Program-made: the position numbers and the translations under genes
Assembly (NCBI GenBank): GCA_051362555.1
Contig: CM120643.1
Location: forward strand, 26,602,848-26,666,847
DNA: 64,000 nucleotides
Source: Lingula anatina
Taxonomy: Eukaryota; Animalia; Brachiopoda
Direction: 5' to 3'
Notes under the pieces: model-generated
What the model was told of the DNA's origin: nothing
Database searches by the model: none
The model's input: only the letters and a program-made list of their open reading frames with translations
Shown: in pieces, positions 51,601 to 60,712 of the stretch
Position numbering within the stretch: position 1 is the first letter of the stretch
Layout of the letters: each line of letters starts with the position of its first letter

Positions 51601-54600
51601 AATGATTGAATCTGACAAACTGCAATGATATGAGTTTATTTCCATTTTTGACACTTTATTACACAATACACGATAACAAGTTTACCATCATTTTTACAAA
51701 ATCAACTAACAATGTTGTAAAGATGCAGGAAATGTCAAACAAAAACTTTTACGTATCTTATTAGTTTAATAATGAGACTGTTAACATGCCTAAGAATTGA
51801 ATCTGAGGAAATGTGAAAAATATGCTGAAAAGTGAAAAAACAGCATTACTTCTACAATAATGGCCCGATCATGCTGATTTTCGAACTTGACCTGCGTTTT
51901 ATGAATATTCATCAGCTCTGTAAATATAAAGCCAAAAAGTAAAACTGCCTTCCACTTATCGTGTTTACAAGGAAAGTGCACGGCGACGGCATCGGCATCG
52001 GCATCGCCATCGGCATCGGCATCGGCATCGGCATCGGCGACGACAGACGCAGGTGATGGCAATATGTACAGACACATCTGTGTCTGTACATAAAAAATCA
52101 TAACAATATTACACAATACAATATAACATAACACAACACAATGCAACACAACATAACACAATACAACCAAAGTATCTTTAGTAAGTCAACCCACCTTTAT
52201 GTACGCCCCCAAACCCACACTCCTCATCTCTAGCCAATTGGTCCTGGAAACCATTGGTCATGGTCACCAAATGGCCATAGCTAAAATAGTACAGATTGTC
52301 CCTGGTCCGGAACTCTGGCCATGGACGAGGATCCAGTAAGAAAGCACCTTTAGCAGAAAATAAGAATATAGGGATTAAAGATAAAAATTATAATGCCCTT
52401 CACAATCTTGACATGCAAGTCATTTACTTCATTCTGATTATGTGACACAATGTGATTTAGATACCTGATCAGATTATATTTTACTATAATCAGCCGGTTC
52501 TTTGTTCTCATACACATTTCACTAGTATTGTTTCACAAGCTTTCCATGATGAATGTGTGGTTCAATCTAACAGATTTCCATGCAATAAATTACTCATAAC
52601 CAAAAAATTATTATCAACATCAATATCATTTTATCATTATCATTAAGGACCTGATTGTCTCAATGCCGACACTTCCTCTGCTGTAGCCTTCCTAGAATCA
52701 GTTTGCTCTTCTCCAGGATAGCCTTGACCCTGACCTTGACCCCGGCCTTGACCCTGGATAATACAAAGCAAATAATCCAAGTGCAGGGATGGGTTGAACA
52801 ATAATAATGGAGTAAGATAAAATAGTTTATTTTCTCTTGAGGATAATTAGATTTAGCTTTGAAATCCTGTATGGGCTACCTTTAGGGACAGTTCACATGC
52901 AAAATCTATTTTCTAAAAATCTAAAAATCTATTTGCCGTATCTTGTGATCACAGTCTGTGCCTTGAATACCCCACGGCATAATTACGGACAGTGCGAGCC
53001 AGTTATTTCCAAAGCTGTAATTAATTCTCGGCACTGCCAGTAATTATGCTGAGGAATATTCAGGGCACAGACCGTGATCACAAGATACCGCAAATAGATT
53101 TTTAGATTTTTAGAAAATAGATTTTGCATGTGAACGGTCCCTTAAGGTAACAATTAACAGGGTAGCTATCTTCTAAACCTCCCAAGATATACCAACATGA
53201 TACATATCAAGAGAAAGCTTATTTCAACAGCTTTTCATTTCATGTCCTTATTTTATTATGTAATCATTATGTAATGAGATATAATGCTTAATAGGTGTGC
53301 TCAACATGATCTTTACATATTAAAAACTAGAAGTCCACTACAAATGGATATGTGTAGACAGCTTGACTCGTGAGCCCTCACTGGGATCAACAAGAATGCG
53401 CCTCAAATTAGCAATATGTGTTAAATTAGCAGAGATATCAAAATAAACCTGATTTCCAGTTCAACGAGACCCCCTAGCCTAACTAAAGCATGCGTAAGTT
53501 GAAAACAGAGCTGATGTTATGAAATCCCAGACACACATTTTGACACAAACCTTAGATCTAACGAATGAATGCCAGCTTTCATCGGTTGAGAGTTCTAATT
53601 AATTTTGACACTGGTCTAAATCGTTCTCTTGAAGCCATAAACTGAAGCGGAGAAATCAGCCTTTTAGTGCTCCCCGGAGATTCCAACGTTATATAACCAG
53701 TGAGCTGCATTGGCAAGCTGAGAAATTTAGTTATTTATACTGGTTCAGCCCTCTACTCACTGCCTATGTAACTGTCACTATGACTTTCATCCATTTTCAA
53801 CATTATTATTGAACATTTTCAACCGGAGGCCCCCTCCATGCATTGACAGCAGCCACCATGTTAGTCGTGAAGTCAGCCTTCTTTACCACGTGAGACCTAG
53901 GGGGAGTGCCTTTGCCCATATACGTCTCATCTATATCTCTGCTTTTTAGAGCTTTAGTAGATCGTCAGAATTAAGTTCACTGATAAATTCAAAATGAAAA
54001 GTATTGTTTGGCAAGTGAAAGCGGGAAGTTACTCACAGAATGTGAAAGGCTTAGCAGCAATCTAGTACGGGAATTATACAGCTGCAAAGTGGAGCTGCCA
54101 ATCAAACACATATATGGACAAGTGTGACCTACTTTAAAACTCAGATATGCTACCACAGGGGTAAATCAGCAATTAGGCTAAAATTACGGGTTTATTTGTA
54201 AACTTCCATTATATTAAGGCCGGTGATAGTAAAAGGACCAAAGTCATAGAAACAAAGCAGTGGGCTTATAAGTTTTTTATAAAAAATTAAAACAAACTTC
54301 CCAAAAGGCCAATTAAAGACGGGGATTAAGTACAGTGTCCAACGGATGACGCTCTGGCGCCAATTTGAGGGGAAAAATGCCGTTTTCGGTATTGGGATTT
54401 TCTCTATAACCAAGACAGCTATTCAAGTGATTCAAAAGGCCTCATAAAGCTGGGTGAAAGCACTTCAGCACGGTACCAGGGAATTGTCTTAAACTATTTA
54501 CTTTTGATTTTATCATCTTTTACGTTAAATTACCCCATATTTCAATGGCTTATTCACTTCAAAAGGCGATATCTTTCAAACAAACAATTTTCTCTTAAAC

Positions 54601-57600
54601 CCCTGATATCATGCTGTAGTCCACATTCCTAACAACAATAGGTGCAACTTTTGTAACGATCGGTTGCTCAGATAGTGAGATATACTTGGCAGCGATTCAC
54701 TAATCTCGTCAATATAGAAAGCTGTTAAAACAGCCAAAAACGTTCACAGGTTGGTTAACAGGGCTTATTAGTCAAATGCTTAGCTGGCAAATTTACCTGT
54801 TATCGGTTATACGATCAGCTGGAACCATTGCTTATTGTCATCTAAAAATATTTTGTTTGGGTGCTTTGAAGGGGCAGAAAATCGTGCTTTTGTTACATTT
54901 TCCGACCACTCGTTAGGCATGTAAGCGTGCCGCCATTTTGATTGACAGCTCTGGAGAGGGCCCTAGCCTTGTGATGCCCAGTAGGGTGTCAAGGATATGT
55001 AGAAGGAAACGCTAACAAAGGCGATTACGTTTAACCGCAATTAAGAGGTGTGAAGTTGCATTTGAACGTTTCAATGGCTCTTCCTCGGCAATCGAGTAAT
55101 TTTACCTGAGAGATTCCTTCTTTGTTATCGGCAAAGTGATCAGATAAAACTGTGTCGAGAGCAAGTGTCCGTCACTTGTGTTGATACGAGTTTTTTGACG
55201 GGTAACGCTGCAGAATTATTTTGCACGGCACTTGGTAGTCGTCAGATCAACGGAAAAATCCAGTGATTACTTCAGAGCGGTCTCGCTCAAAATGCCAGCT
55301 AAGATAAAGGGGAGACGCTCAGCTGCACAAGATTCAGCGGTAAAAGTGGCTGAGAGAAGGCTTTTGAATAAATATTTTATTTTTACACACATGACACTTA
55401 GACCCTACTCAGTATTTGCTTTTTACCTGCTAGCCTTGACTATTCTCGGGGTCTTTTTGTGATTTTCATTTTTGGACACTTGAACTCTTTCTTCCCGCTT
55501 GATCAGTGATTTTGAAATTGTTTTTCTCCAAATATCGCAAAATGCAAAGCCGCTAACATGCGTTTTTATTTTTATTGTTTTAATCATGCTGTCAACCTTT
55601 GCTTGGATTTCTCTTGTTTGGCCATTCACATCACAATTTTTCGCGTGTCTCTCAAGCTCCATGATATCATATCTTGGAGAATAAAATTTTATTTTGTCAA
55701 CATTAGATTTACCTTTTGCAAACGGCGACCAACAATCATTTCCGGTTTCGTAACGTGTCGCAGATACGCTCAACGATATATATCGCAAAAATTAAAGGCT
55801 AGGCTAAAAGTATCCTTTTTTATTTATTTTTTTTTTTTATGTTTTTATCGATTTTTCTTTCATTTGTCAATTAATTTAGACGTTTCGATTAACTCTTTCA
55901 CCCATTTATTAGGTATACAGAAATCAGTCATCCGACTGAACAAATAGGGCCGGTTTTCCCCAACCGCCACGCATAGGCCTTACTCTCAAAATTTTCCTTC
56001 TTTCCTCTGGAAAGGGACTTTTAACACGAACTTTTCTCTTCCCCATAGTGTACTAGCTAGACTTCTTCGCTGCTAAGCTGATGTAAGACTTATGACCTAT
56101 TACCGCACACGTAATCGGCTTATAACTCATTAACTGTGCTCCGACCCCCTCATGGCAACGGCCCTTAGTAACAGAGGCGTGGCTTAGTTGTCAGCCTGAC
56201 TGGAGCGCGTGCCGGTTGAAAAACTCATCAAAAGACGCATTTTGCGATGCAAATTCATAAAAATTATTACATCCAATGTTAGATACTTTTTTGATTAATG
56301 TAAACACACAAAAAACTCAAAAACACGATTTTAAGCGTATTTAACCCTATCACCGGCCTTAAGATAGGCTGATATGTAGTTGATATTTCATCTATCTAAT
56401 ACTGACAAATTCAGAAACACACCCACATTTTGGCCATTTACTGTTAATTGCTACCTTAAGTGACATACTCTTTTATCTACAAATACAATACACCTATTAT
56501 TTAGGAGAAAAATACAACCCATACCCCCTATTTGTTTTTCCATACAAATTTAAACCATTCAAGTTGTCTTGGTCTACCCAATTCAGAATAATTCCAAACA
56601 ATATGAAGAGACTTTATAATCTTAAACATACAGTAACTAAATAATTCTCTCTCTCTCTCTCTCTCTCTGTTAAACAGATGCAATTTTTCATAAAAGACTG
56701 GTATTAATCATTTATCCCGGGTCAAGATATAATTTAAAATTTGGTATAAAATTTCAGGCTCACTTTAAGTCTTAAAACATTATTTTCTGTACTTACCCCA
56801 GTGGCAAAAGACGTTTGGCCTGTACTTTCTGAGAGGCCACTCGGTGGTGATGGTCCCTCTGGATGGGTCTGATCCCCCATAGCCCCCCTAGCACCCCCAA
56901 ACTGATTCCTTCCCATATTACCAGGTACGTTAACCCCTGACATCATGCTGCCTTGGTCTCCAGTCCCCGCAGACGGCATACTTTTCACTGGTGCATTTGA
57001 TCCAAATATAGAGGATTCTGGTTGTGTTGTTTGACTGAATCCAGATGGATATTGTGCTGCCCTCTGTTGGTTTGGTGGCGTATATCCTGGTGTATATTGT
57101 GCTGCCCTCTGTTGGTTTGGTGGCGTATATCCTGGTGTATATTGTGCTGCCCTCTGTTGGTTTGGTGGCAAATATCCTGGTGTATATTGTGCTGTTGTCT
57201 GTTGGTTTGGTGGTTGGTAACCTGATGGCAGAAACTGATGAGTTCCTGTTGGATAACCCTGTGCTGCCACCTGGGGAGAAGTTGTTGGATACCCAGGTGC
57301 TGCCACCTGTTGGGCAGAAGGAACCTGCTGTCTGGCTCCCTGTGAGAATGCTCCATATTCCTGTCCTGTTTGCTGGCCTTGAGGGGAGAACATGCCTCGT
57401 TCATGGTACCTACTATATGTATTACCAATCGGCACCTGTTGTTGCTGAGTGGGAGTCCTTGCATATAGCTGTTCTGTGGGTGGGTGGTACCCTTGTTGGG
57501 GTGCCACTGGAGGTCTATTAACTCGGTAAGGAACTGGAAGAGATTTTCCTAGTTTTACAGCCTGCGGTGTTTGACAAAAGCAACTAAAATGGCTTTGGTA

Positions 57601-58795
57601 TCAGACTAGTACATGTAGTAAAAATTCAATTTTTAATCTGACCAGACATACAAGACAGGTAGAAATTTCAGGGGTATTGAAGACTACTTTTTCACTATCT
57701 CTTGATTTCAGCTTTGGAATTGCTACTTTTGATGGGCACTAAAACCAGAAATTTTCTGAAGTTCACCAGCTCAAGAAACCAGTGGGCAAAAAGTTTAAGG
57801 TGCATACATTTCTGTTTTTCCTTAGTTATTTTAACAAAATATTGTGAATATAACACTCTCCTACCTCATATTCACTGATGCCTTTTTGAAAATTTTAAAA
57901 AGAAAAAAATAACCATGACATGTTTCTCTGTTAAACCAGGTACCTACAGGTATAGAACACCTTCCCAGAGGGTGTGTCCAGCAGGTCAGCCAGGTGCCCC
58001 TGCTCTGTATTCCTCAGAACTTCCTGGAACTTTTCAAATGCCTCTGGACCCCTGGTTTTTACCACGTCCAAGATGTGCCCTGCTTTGTCATATCTTGTGG
58101 GAATAGACTGGAAAGAAAAACTGGAAATGAAAACTAGACAGCAAAGCTTGCGTATATACTAACACTTTAACAGAAGTGATAAATTTAGAAGGATATAATT
58201 AGGTTTGATAGGGTCAAATGTCATAAACATAAATTAAAAACAAGGAAAACAAAGAGATGACAATATGGGAGTAAGGTCTGAAAATGATCGCATTTTAATG
58301 ACATTTATGTTAATTATTAATCATTTAACTCATGAGCATAACTCATGAGTTACATGAGCATATGAAAAATATTCTATCCAAAGAACATTAATGACCCAGG
58401 AGAAAATTCAAGGAAGTAATACACGCCCATCAAAAATCCCTACAAACTATGACAAGGGATCAAGAATACCAGTTGCATCCTAATTTTAACCATGTCACTT
58501 TGCCAAACACTATACCAACACCCAACAACCTATGGGTATTTAGCATAATGATGCTCTTGCAACAAGAGCAAAATATATCCATTTCATTAATAGTTCATCA
58601 TCCAAAGCTAATCCTAATCATCAGACTATCAAAACTACATGAACACACTAATGGTCATACCTGTATTTTCTCCATGTCATAGTCTGTGATGAGGTTACAG
58701 GCCATGAGCTCACTGAGCAACACCTCGTTCACCATCAAGTCATCTATAAGGGCCACTCTGTTCACTTTAAGTCGCTCCTTGTGCTCTTTCTCCAT
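28769..58795 (-). CDS. Multidomain protein: CARD, Q/P/G/Y-rich linker, IRAK4/Pelle-family Ser/Thr kinase, RING finger, caspase (p20+p10); ~1081 aa, 20 coding exons
   Basis: Exons 58795-58661, 58107-57961, 57561-56764, 52753-52651, 52347-52195, 49000-48906, 48298-48225, 47801-47661, 47227-47076, 46812-46723, 46549-46401, 45509-45393, 45020-44930, 44756-44646, 42967-42864, 42407-42207, 41873-41651, 40896-40804, 40137-40028, 28927-28769 total 3246 nt. All junctions are GT-AG, phases match and there is no internal stop. Confidence 0.78.
29516..29754 (-). mobile_element. Short HINE/DINE-like element
   Basis: ACTAGAAAAGCACTTTGAGAGTGCAGACCTCTGCCAAGG ... (GACA)n ... ATAACCCCCTTGGCAGAG: hairpin, subterminal IR CTCTGCCAAGG/CCTTGGCAGAG and a microsatellite. 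Confidence 0.65.
30742..31791 (+). CDS. BEL/Pao Gag N-terminal part (frameshifted relative to the downstream ORF)
   Basis: KFDGDHIKYWPF...L...L.RRFG (DUF1759-like). Continues in another frame as IIEKLPLDMRKKW. Confidence 0.85.
   Translation: MSDLEDVTEDPMTLKRLRGAAKGVVTRTINQINSFMSSNLVKEVEEGLEALSQAVNKFVKAHERYHVTLKDEDDIDVSEGYLSSVLHEVRDFRASTLSWIGRVREKPEPLVEQQAEENVTSVLSQILKEIKQQRDSQEQNKQEFSRLIKEQEERLREEFRLVKEQTDVKPLFPETTQGEKRIAAESPASAAESSLAQLLKLSQQQQQASIESMRLPPADLIKFDGDHIKYWPFMRLFSSMVDKMTVTDDEKLTRLYHYTVGPARDAISPCLYHPDPRKGFSEAMTTLKRRFGNPYLISQAWINKVLNHKSIKDSAQLRAFADTLRGCQDTLSAMNCEAELNTGQSMKNY
31808..36202 (+). CDS. BEL/Pao Gag C-terminus (3 Cys/His knuckles), protease, RT, RNase H, integrase
   Basis: CxxC...H...C knuckles, ALLDSGS, YLPHFPV, YVDD, FSDAS, H-x4-H...CxxC, DYFGP, SDNGTNF, WER, and a GPY/F-like tail. 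Confidence 0.95.
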   Translation: MRKKWLENNHKITALGKFPTLNDVVKMVEVEAEKRRDPVFGSLVDMSLVSSKSSIKAQSFIAESKASESFSREGNLPAAVSKHCIRCSQDHWLDQCPVFVSDKYEERRKMVLSKGLCFKCLKPNHTAHECKFKRNCEVCGKRHHTLLHSYNSMPNENNSSTPPRAANGFVDTENVAIGLPIVPVKVKNPNGNNVVQTYALLDSGSNSTFCTEGLKKKLGIKGKKTQYTLTTLEKEATPVIGEIVSLQISDVDENHSMQLSTVLTRSKLPISLEDRATQEDISEWTHLQDIPFYFHKQDETIGLLIGNDNFEALRPKKVVSGGEGEPCAIQTVLGWTINGPLKRKGKTVTSNFIRKDSQLTQMFNKYTERDFEEVKGKEEMSREDIKALGIFKTSVKYEDGHYCVDLPWREEKPLDNNIDMARRRLLLLKKRLDKDPELKVNYVGAMKENLKKGYAEKVMTNKDQPQAWYLPHFPVFNPAKPEKTRIVFDCASKFKGRSLNDCLLQGPDLTSSLFGVLTRFRKNEVAVMGDIKEMFHQVRVSPAHCDYLRFLWWDTEDFNEEPGIYRMKVHLFGATSSPSVCSYALQKTAEDNEKEFGNEIAQSVKENFYVDDCLKSLHSEEEAIHFVTKVTQLLDKGGFKITKWISNSSKVLESIPESDRNPKVKDLDLEKLPIEKALGVLWDTEKDSFGFKVKVKEKPATRRGILSIISSVYDPLGFTAPCMLQAKILLQDLARAKLDWDEEISEQNFRIWQRWLSEVHKLAKFSSPRCLKPCKFGLVESCQLHHFSDASQVGYGAVSYARLMNYDKEVSVVFLVGKSRVTPLKTVTVPRLELAAATVSVKLDQMIRKEIDLPIEKSVFWTDSMAVLRYIHNEDKRFHTYVANRVTMIRENTDLCNWKHVSSDINPADHASRGLTANQLIHENTWIAGPAFLSKFEDEWPAQAVYEGQLDSDDPEVKRKVSTCAQTAEKTGFLHNLIQKYSSWTKTVRVVAWILRFITRLKGAQSKERYLSVDEVDEAEMIIIKTVQKSCFPEEFKSLSEGQGVQIKKSSSLYKLKPMMFNGLLCVGGRLVHAGIPEKMKHPVILPKKHHVTHLIIQHYHQACGHSGRDYVLSQLRSRYWIIKANSTVRHVLHSCHDCKRRQASPCVQQMSDLPEERVKPDKPPFTYVGIDYFGPFHIKRARSMVKYYGCIFTCLSSKAVHIEVSSALDTDAFINALRRFIARRGAPELIRSDNGTNFVAGERELRESILSWNQEAVNDFLVQKHVKWVFNPPSASHWGGVWERCIRSIRKVLSAVLKLQTLDVEGLMTFMTEVESILNGRPITTVSDDPNDLEPLTPNHLLLLRSVNNLPPGVFRKEDLYVRRRWRQVQYMADQFWKRWISEYLPLLQTRQKWIKPERNIHVDDVVLLVDDVLPRGNWPLARVVNIFPGDDGLVRKVRVRTQNSMLVRPVTKCVFLEGQNED
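42427..42473. repeat. (AAT)n microsatellite next to a caspase exon acceptor
   Basis: Direct inspection. Confidence 0.9.
42943..44030. repeat. 64-bp tandem array, 17 copies, each containing the 3' splice site of the first caspase-module exon
   Basis: Unit CCTAACTGAGACAGTGGGATTTCACCTGTTGGATTCAATAAGAAACAGTTATAAATGAGAGTTG; copies are near-identical and the last two are a variant. Confidence 0.95.
44646..45020 (-). CDS. RING-type zinc finger exons
   Basis: Spliced sequence CVYC-x11-CGC-x3-CASC-x10-CLKH has RING-HC spacing, with Cys in place of His at ligand 4 and His at ligand 8. Confidence 0.65.
45393..52347 (-). CDS. IRAK/Pelle-family kinase domain exons (8 exons)
   Basis: FSYGHLVTMTNGF, GFGGVHKG, IAVKRLKE, EFDRE, LVYVYMTGGTL, LDWKARLRI, HRDIKPGNVFLD, GDMGFAR, TPGYACPQY, KTDCFSLGVVYLELLT. 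Confidence 0.88.
45739..46230. mobile_element. MITE with ~48-bp GC-rich TIRs
   Basis: GCACCCTGCACTCAGTGAGCAATTGGCGCGCGCCACTTGCGCTGCGCC / GGCGCAGCGCAAGTGGCGCGCAAGTTGCTCACCATGTGTGGGGTGC. Confidence 0.75.
47258..47624. mobile_element. Fragment related to the HINE-like family at 7259-9168
   Basis: 47420-47500 is an inverted homologue of 7820-7900 and ends in GCTGGTGGTACAAT, as at 9119-9132. Confidence 0.55.
48371..48592. mobile_element. Degenerate MITE
   Basis: Imperfect inverted ends CATTCCCA...TAGATCGATC / GATCGATTTAA...TGGGAATG. Confidence 0.4.
49371..52094 (-). mobile_element. HINE/Helentron-like repeat (same family as 28957-39724), internally duplicated
   Basis: Same terminal motifs; blocks repeated at ~49590/51190 and ~49820/50230/51410; (GGCATC)n next to the terminal palindrome. 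Confidence 0.75.
52885..53141. mobile_element. PIF/Harbinger-type palindromic MITE
   Basis: GGGACAGTTCACATGC...GCATGTGAACGGTCCC, near-complete foldback, TTA on both flanks. Confidence 0.85.
53146..56455. mobile_element. TTAA-flanked short-TIR DNA element (Kolobok-like), outer element of a nest
   Basis: TTAA|GGTAACAATTAACAG ... CTGTTAATTGCTACC|TTAA. Confidence 0.7.
54218..56358. mobile_element. TTAA-flanked short-TIR DNA element (Kolobok-like), nested inner element
   Basis: TTAA|GGCCGGTGATAG ... CTATCACCGGCC|TTAA; interior is CpG-richer than the host intron. Confidence 0.75.
57045..57225 (-). repeat. Coding 45-bp (15-aa) tandem repeat, 4 copies (YxPPNQQRAAQYTPG)
   Basis: Lies within exon 57561-56764 and preserves the reading frame. 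Confidence 0.9.
57961..58795 (-). CDS. CARD domain exons (N-terminus of the fusion gene)
   Basis: MEKEHKERLKVNRVALIDDLMVNEVLLSELMACNLITDYDMEKIQ | SIPTRYDKAGHILDVVKTRGPEAFEKFQEVLRNTEQGHLADLL matches the caspase-2/9/RAIDD-type CARD pattern (RGPxAF...QxHLADLL). Confidence 0.88.
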
Positions 58796-59180
58796 TTTTT
58801 TTTCCTAAGATATTGTATAATTGCTCAAATAATTCAAGTACGATGATTTATTTTCTATCATTCTTCCATTTACCTGATAAGATGTATTTACAGTATTCTA
58901 TTTCAAACAATTCTAACAAACCAAAGCTTAAAAAGAAACTAAAAGTATATGTTTGTAAAAACTTATTCAAAATTTAAGTGAATAACTGGGTTTTTGAAAT
59001 TTGGGAATACTTGGACAACCACTTAGACAAGGAAGTGTAAAATACATGTATTCAGGGGACTGATACTGGGTACAATGTCAATGTACCGACTTTCAGTACA
59101 TCCGGTTTCTACATTCTCACTTAGAGTAGACACCACTCGGCCTAAATATACATGCTAACAAAGTAACTTACGTGAATTTA

Positions 59181-59555
59181 CCTGTTTGTTTCCTAAATTA
59201 CTGGAATATGTCAGTTACATTCTGTTAAGAACCATTTAGACCCTTGGAGTGTAGCGATGTCCTCGTCGGTACAAGCCTGTGGTGGTCGGAGGGCATCACT
59301 GGGTACAAGGGTGCTACTTTCACTTTTCTCGGATATGTGTCGCTATTTTCAATACGTTCCGATAAATAAAAACAATGAGTCCAAATATGAAAAGTGCATG
59401 CATTACGTCTTTTTTTTACAAAGATATGCTGATTAAATTTAAAGATGTATATGAAAGATAGGTAAAAAGATGTGTGAGGAAATACATATTTCCATGAGCC
59501 ACTTTTAAGGATAAGGTATGGGGCTCTCTTGGATACAAATCATGTGACAGTGAAA
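59181..59555. promoter_or_regulatory. Probable bidirectional promoter and 5'UTR region between the CARD-kinase-caspase gene and PEPD
   Basis: Divergent ATGs at 58795 and 59556. A minus-strand donor CAG|GTAAAT near 59181 suggests a non-coding first exon. Confidence 0.45.
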
Positions 59556-60292
59556 ATGGCGGCTGCGAATAGAGCACAGTATGTTCCTCATTTACAAGGA
59601 TTTATCGGCCAATCTTATTTTACTTGCTTATCTGGATTGTGTTACGCTCGCGTAAACTTACTCACAACCTGGTATATGTTTTGAAGTAGAATGGTTCCCC
59701 CTTGATTAGCGGTTTTTTTAAACTTTCTTAATTTTCTTTCAATATTTTTGCGATTTTTTATATTTTATTTAATTTTCAAGTGACATTGAACCTGTGAAGA
59801 CTGAAATGGCGATTTTTAATTACACATTAAATTTTGCTTTCAGACCTGCATTTTGCCTTGGGGAACACACCTTAAGTGTGCCTATGGAGCTCCATAAGGA
59901 GAACAGGAAACGGTTGTGTGAGCGGCTCCGAGCTAACAAGAACGTGCCAAAGAACTCAGTGGTGGTGATGCAGGGAGGGGAAAGTGCAACACAGTACTGT
60001 TCTGATACGGAACTGCTCTTCAGACAGGTGTGTGTAGTACCCTGAATATCAAAGAGTAATTAATGCAAATCTTCAGACAGGTGCGTGTGGTGCCCTGATT
60101 ATCAAAGAGTAATTAATGTAAATCGTTAGACAGGATTGTGTGCAGTGTTTGCCTCTTACTCTTAGGAAAATTAGTTGCTGGACCAAAGGTCCAGCCATCT
60201 TGAAAAGTAGCTGGACAGACTGTCTGACAGGTGGGAAAACTTCTCCGCCCATTCTGAAAGTTGTCTGCAGTCCAGCCTTAATTTCTAACACT

Positions 60293-60323
<31 letters not shown>

Positions 60324-60712
60324 GTACCTTGAATATCAGAGAGCAGTGCAACTCTTTGGGATTGTGTGGTACCCTGAATATGAAAGGTTAATAGAAACCT
60401 TAACTTGGCTTAAGGCAGGTGTACAGTATGTGGTGCCCTGAGTATGAAGTTTAATGGAAATCTTCAGACAGGTACGTATGTTATTAGTGATTGCTGGAAA
60501 CTTAGAGTTCATCTCAAGAACCAAAAATTGAAAATTAAAATTCACAAATCCAAAAATCATATTTGTATATTTTCTCCCCTGCAGGAGTCCTATTTTCAGT
60601 GGATGTTTGGTGTAGCAGAACCTGATTCCTATGGTGCAATTGATGTAGACACAGGAGTGGGGATTTTGTTCATACCAAAGTTACCTGAAAGCTATGCAAC
60701 TTGGATGGGAAA
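59556..60712 (+). CDS. PEPD: Xaa-Pro dipeptidase (prolidase), first three coding exons; continues beyond the window
   Basis: Exons 59556-59578, 59844-60027 and 60585-60712: [37 protein letters not shown]...QGGE...[17 protein letters not shown]...[13 protein letters not shown] matches the prolidase N-terminus. Confidence 0.93.

Noticed and set aside
50612-52170. 181-aa and 126-aa ORFs with internal repeats (also 38062-38370, 61165-61630, 62203-63357)
   Set aside because: They lie within a dispersed repeat, frames are not conserved between copies, and there are no protein motifs.
54800-55950. Short ORFs inside the nested TTAA element as a transposase
   Set aside because: No recognisable DDE, THAP or other motif and multiple stops; at most decayed relics.
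57410-57450. RHIM-like motif QQVPIGNTY in the linker
   Set aside because: The core is VPIG rather than (I/V)Q(I/V/L)G, and Pro would disrupt the amyloid beta-strand.
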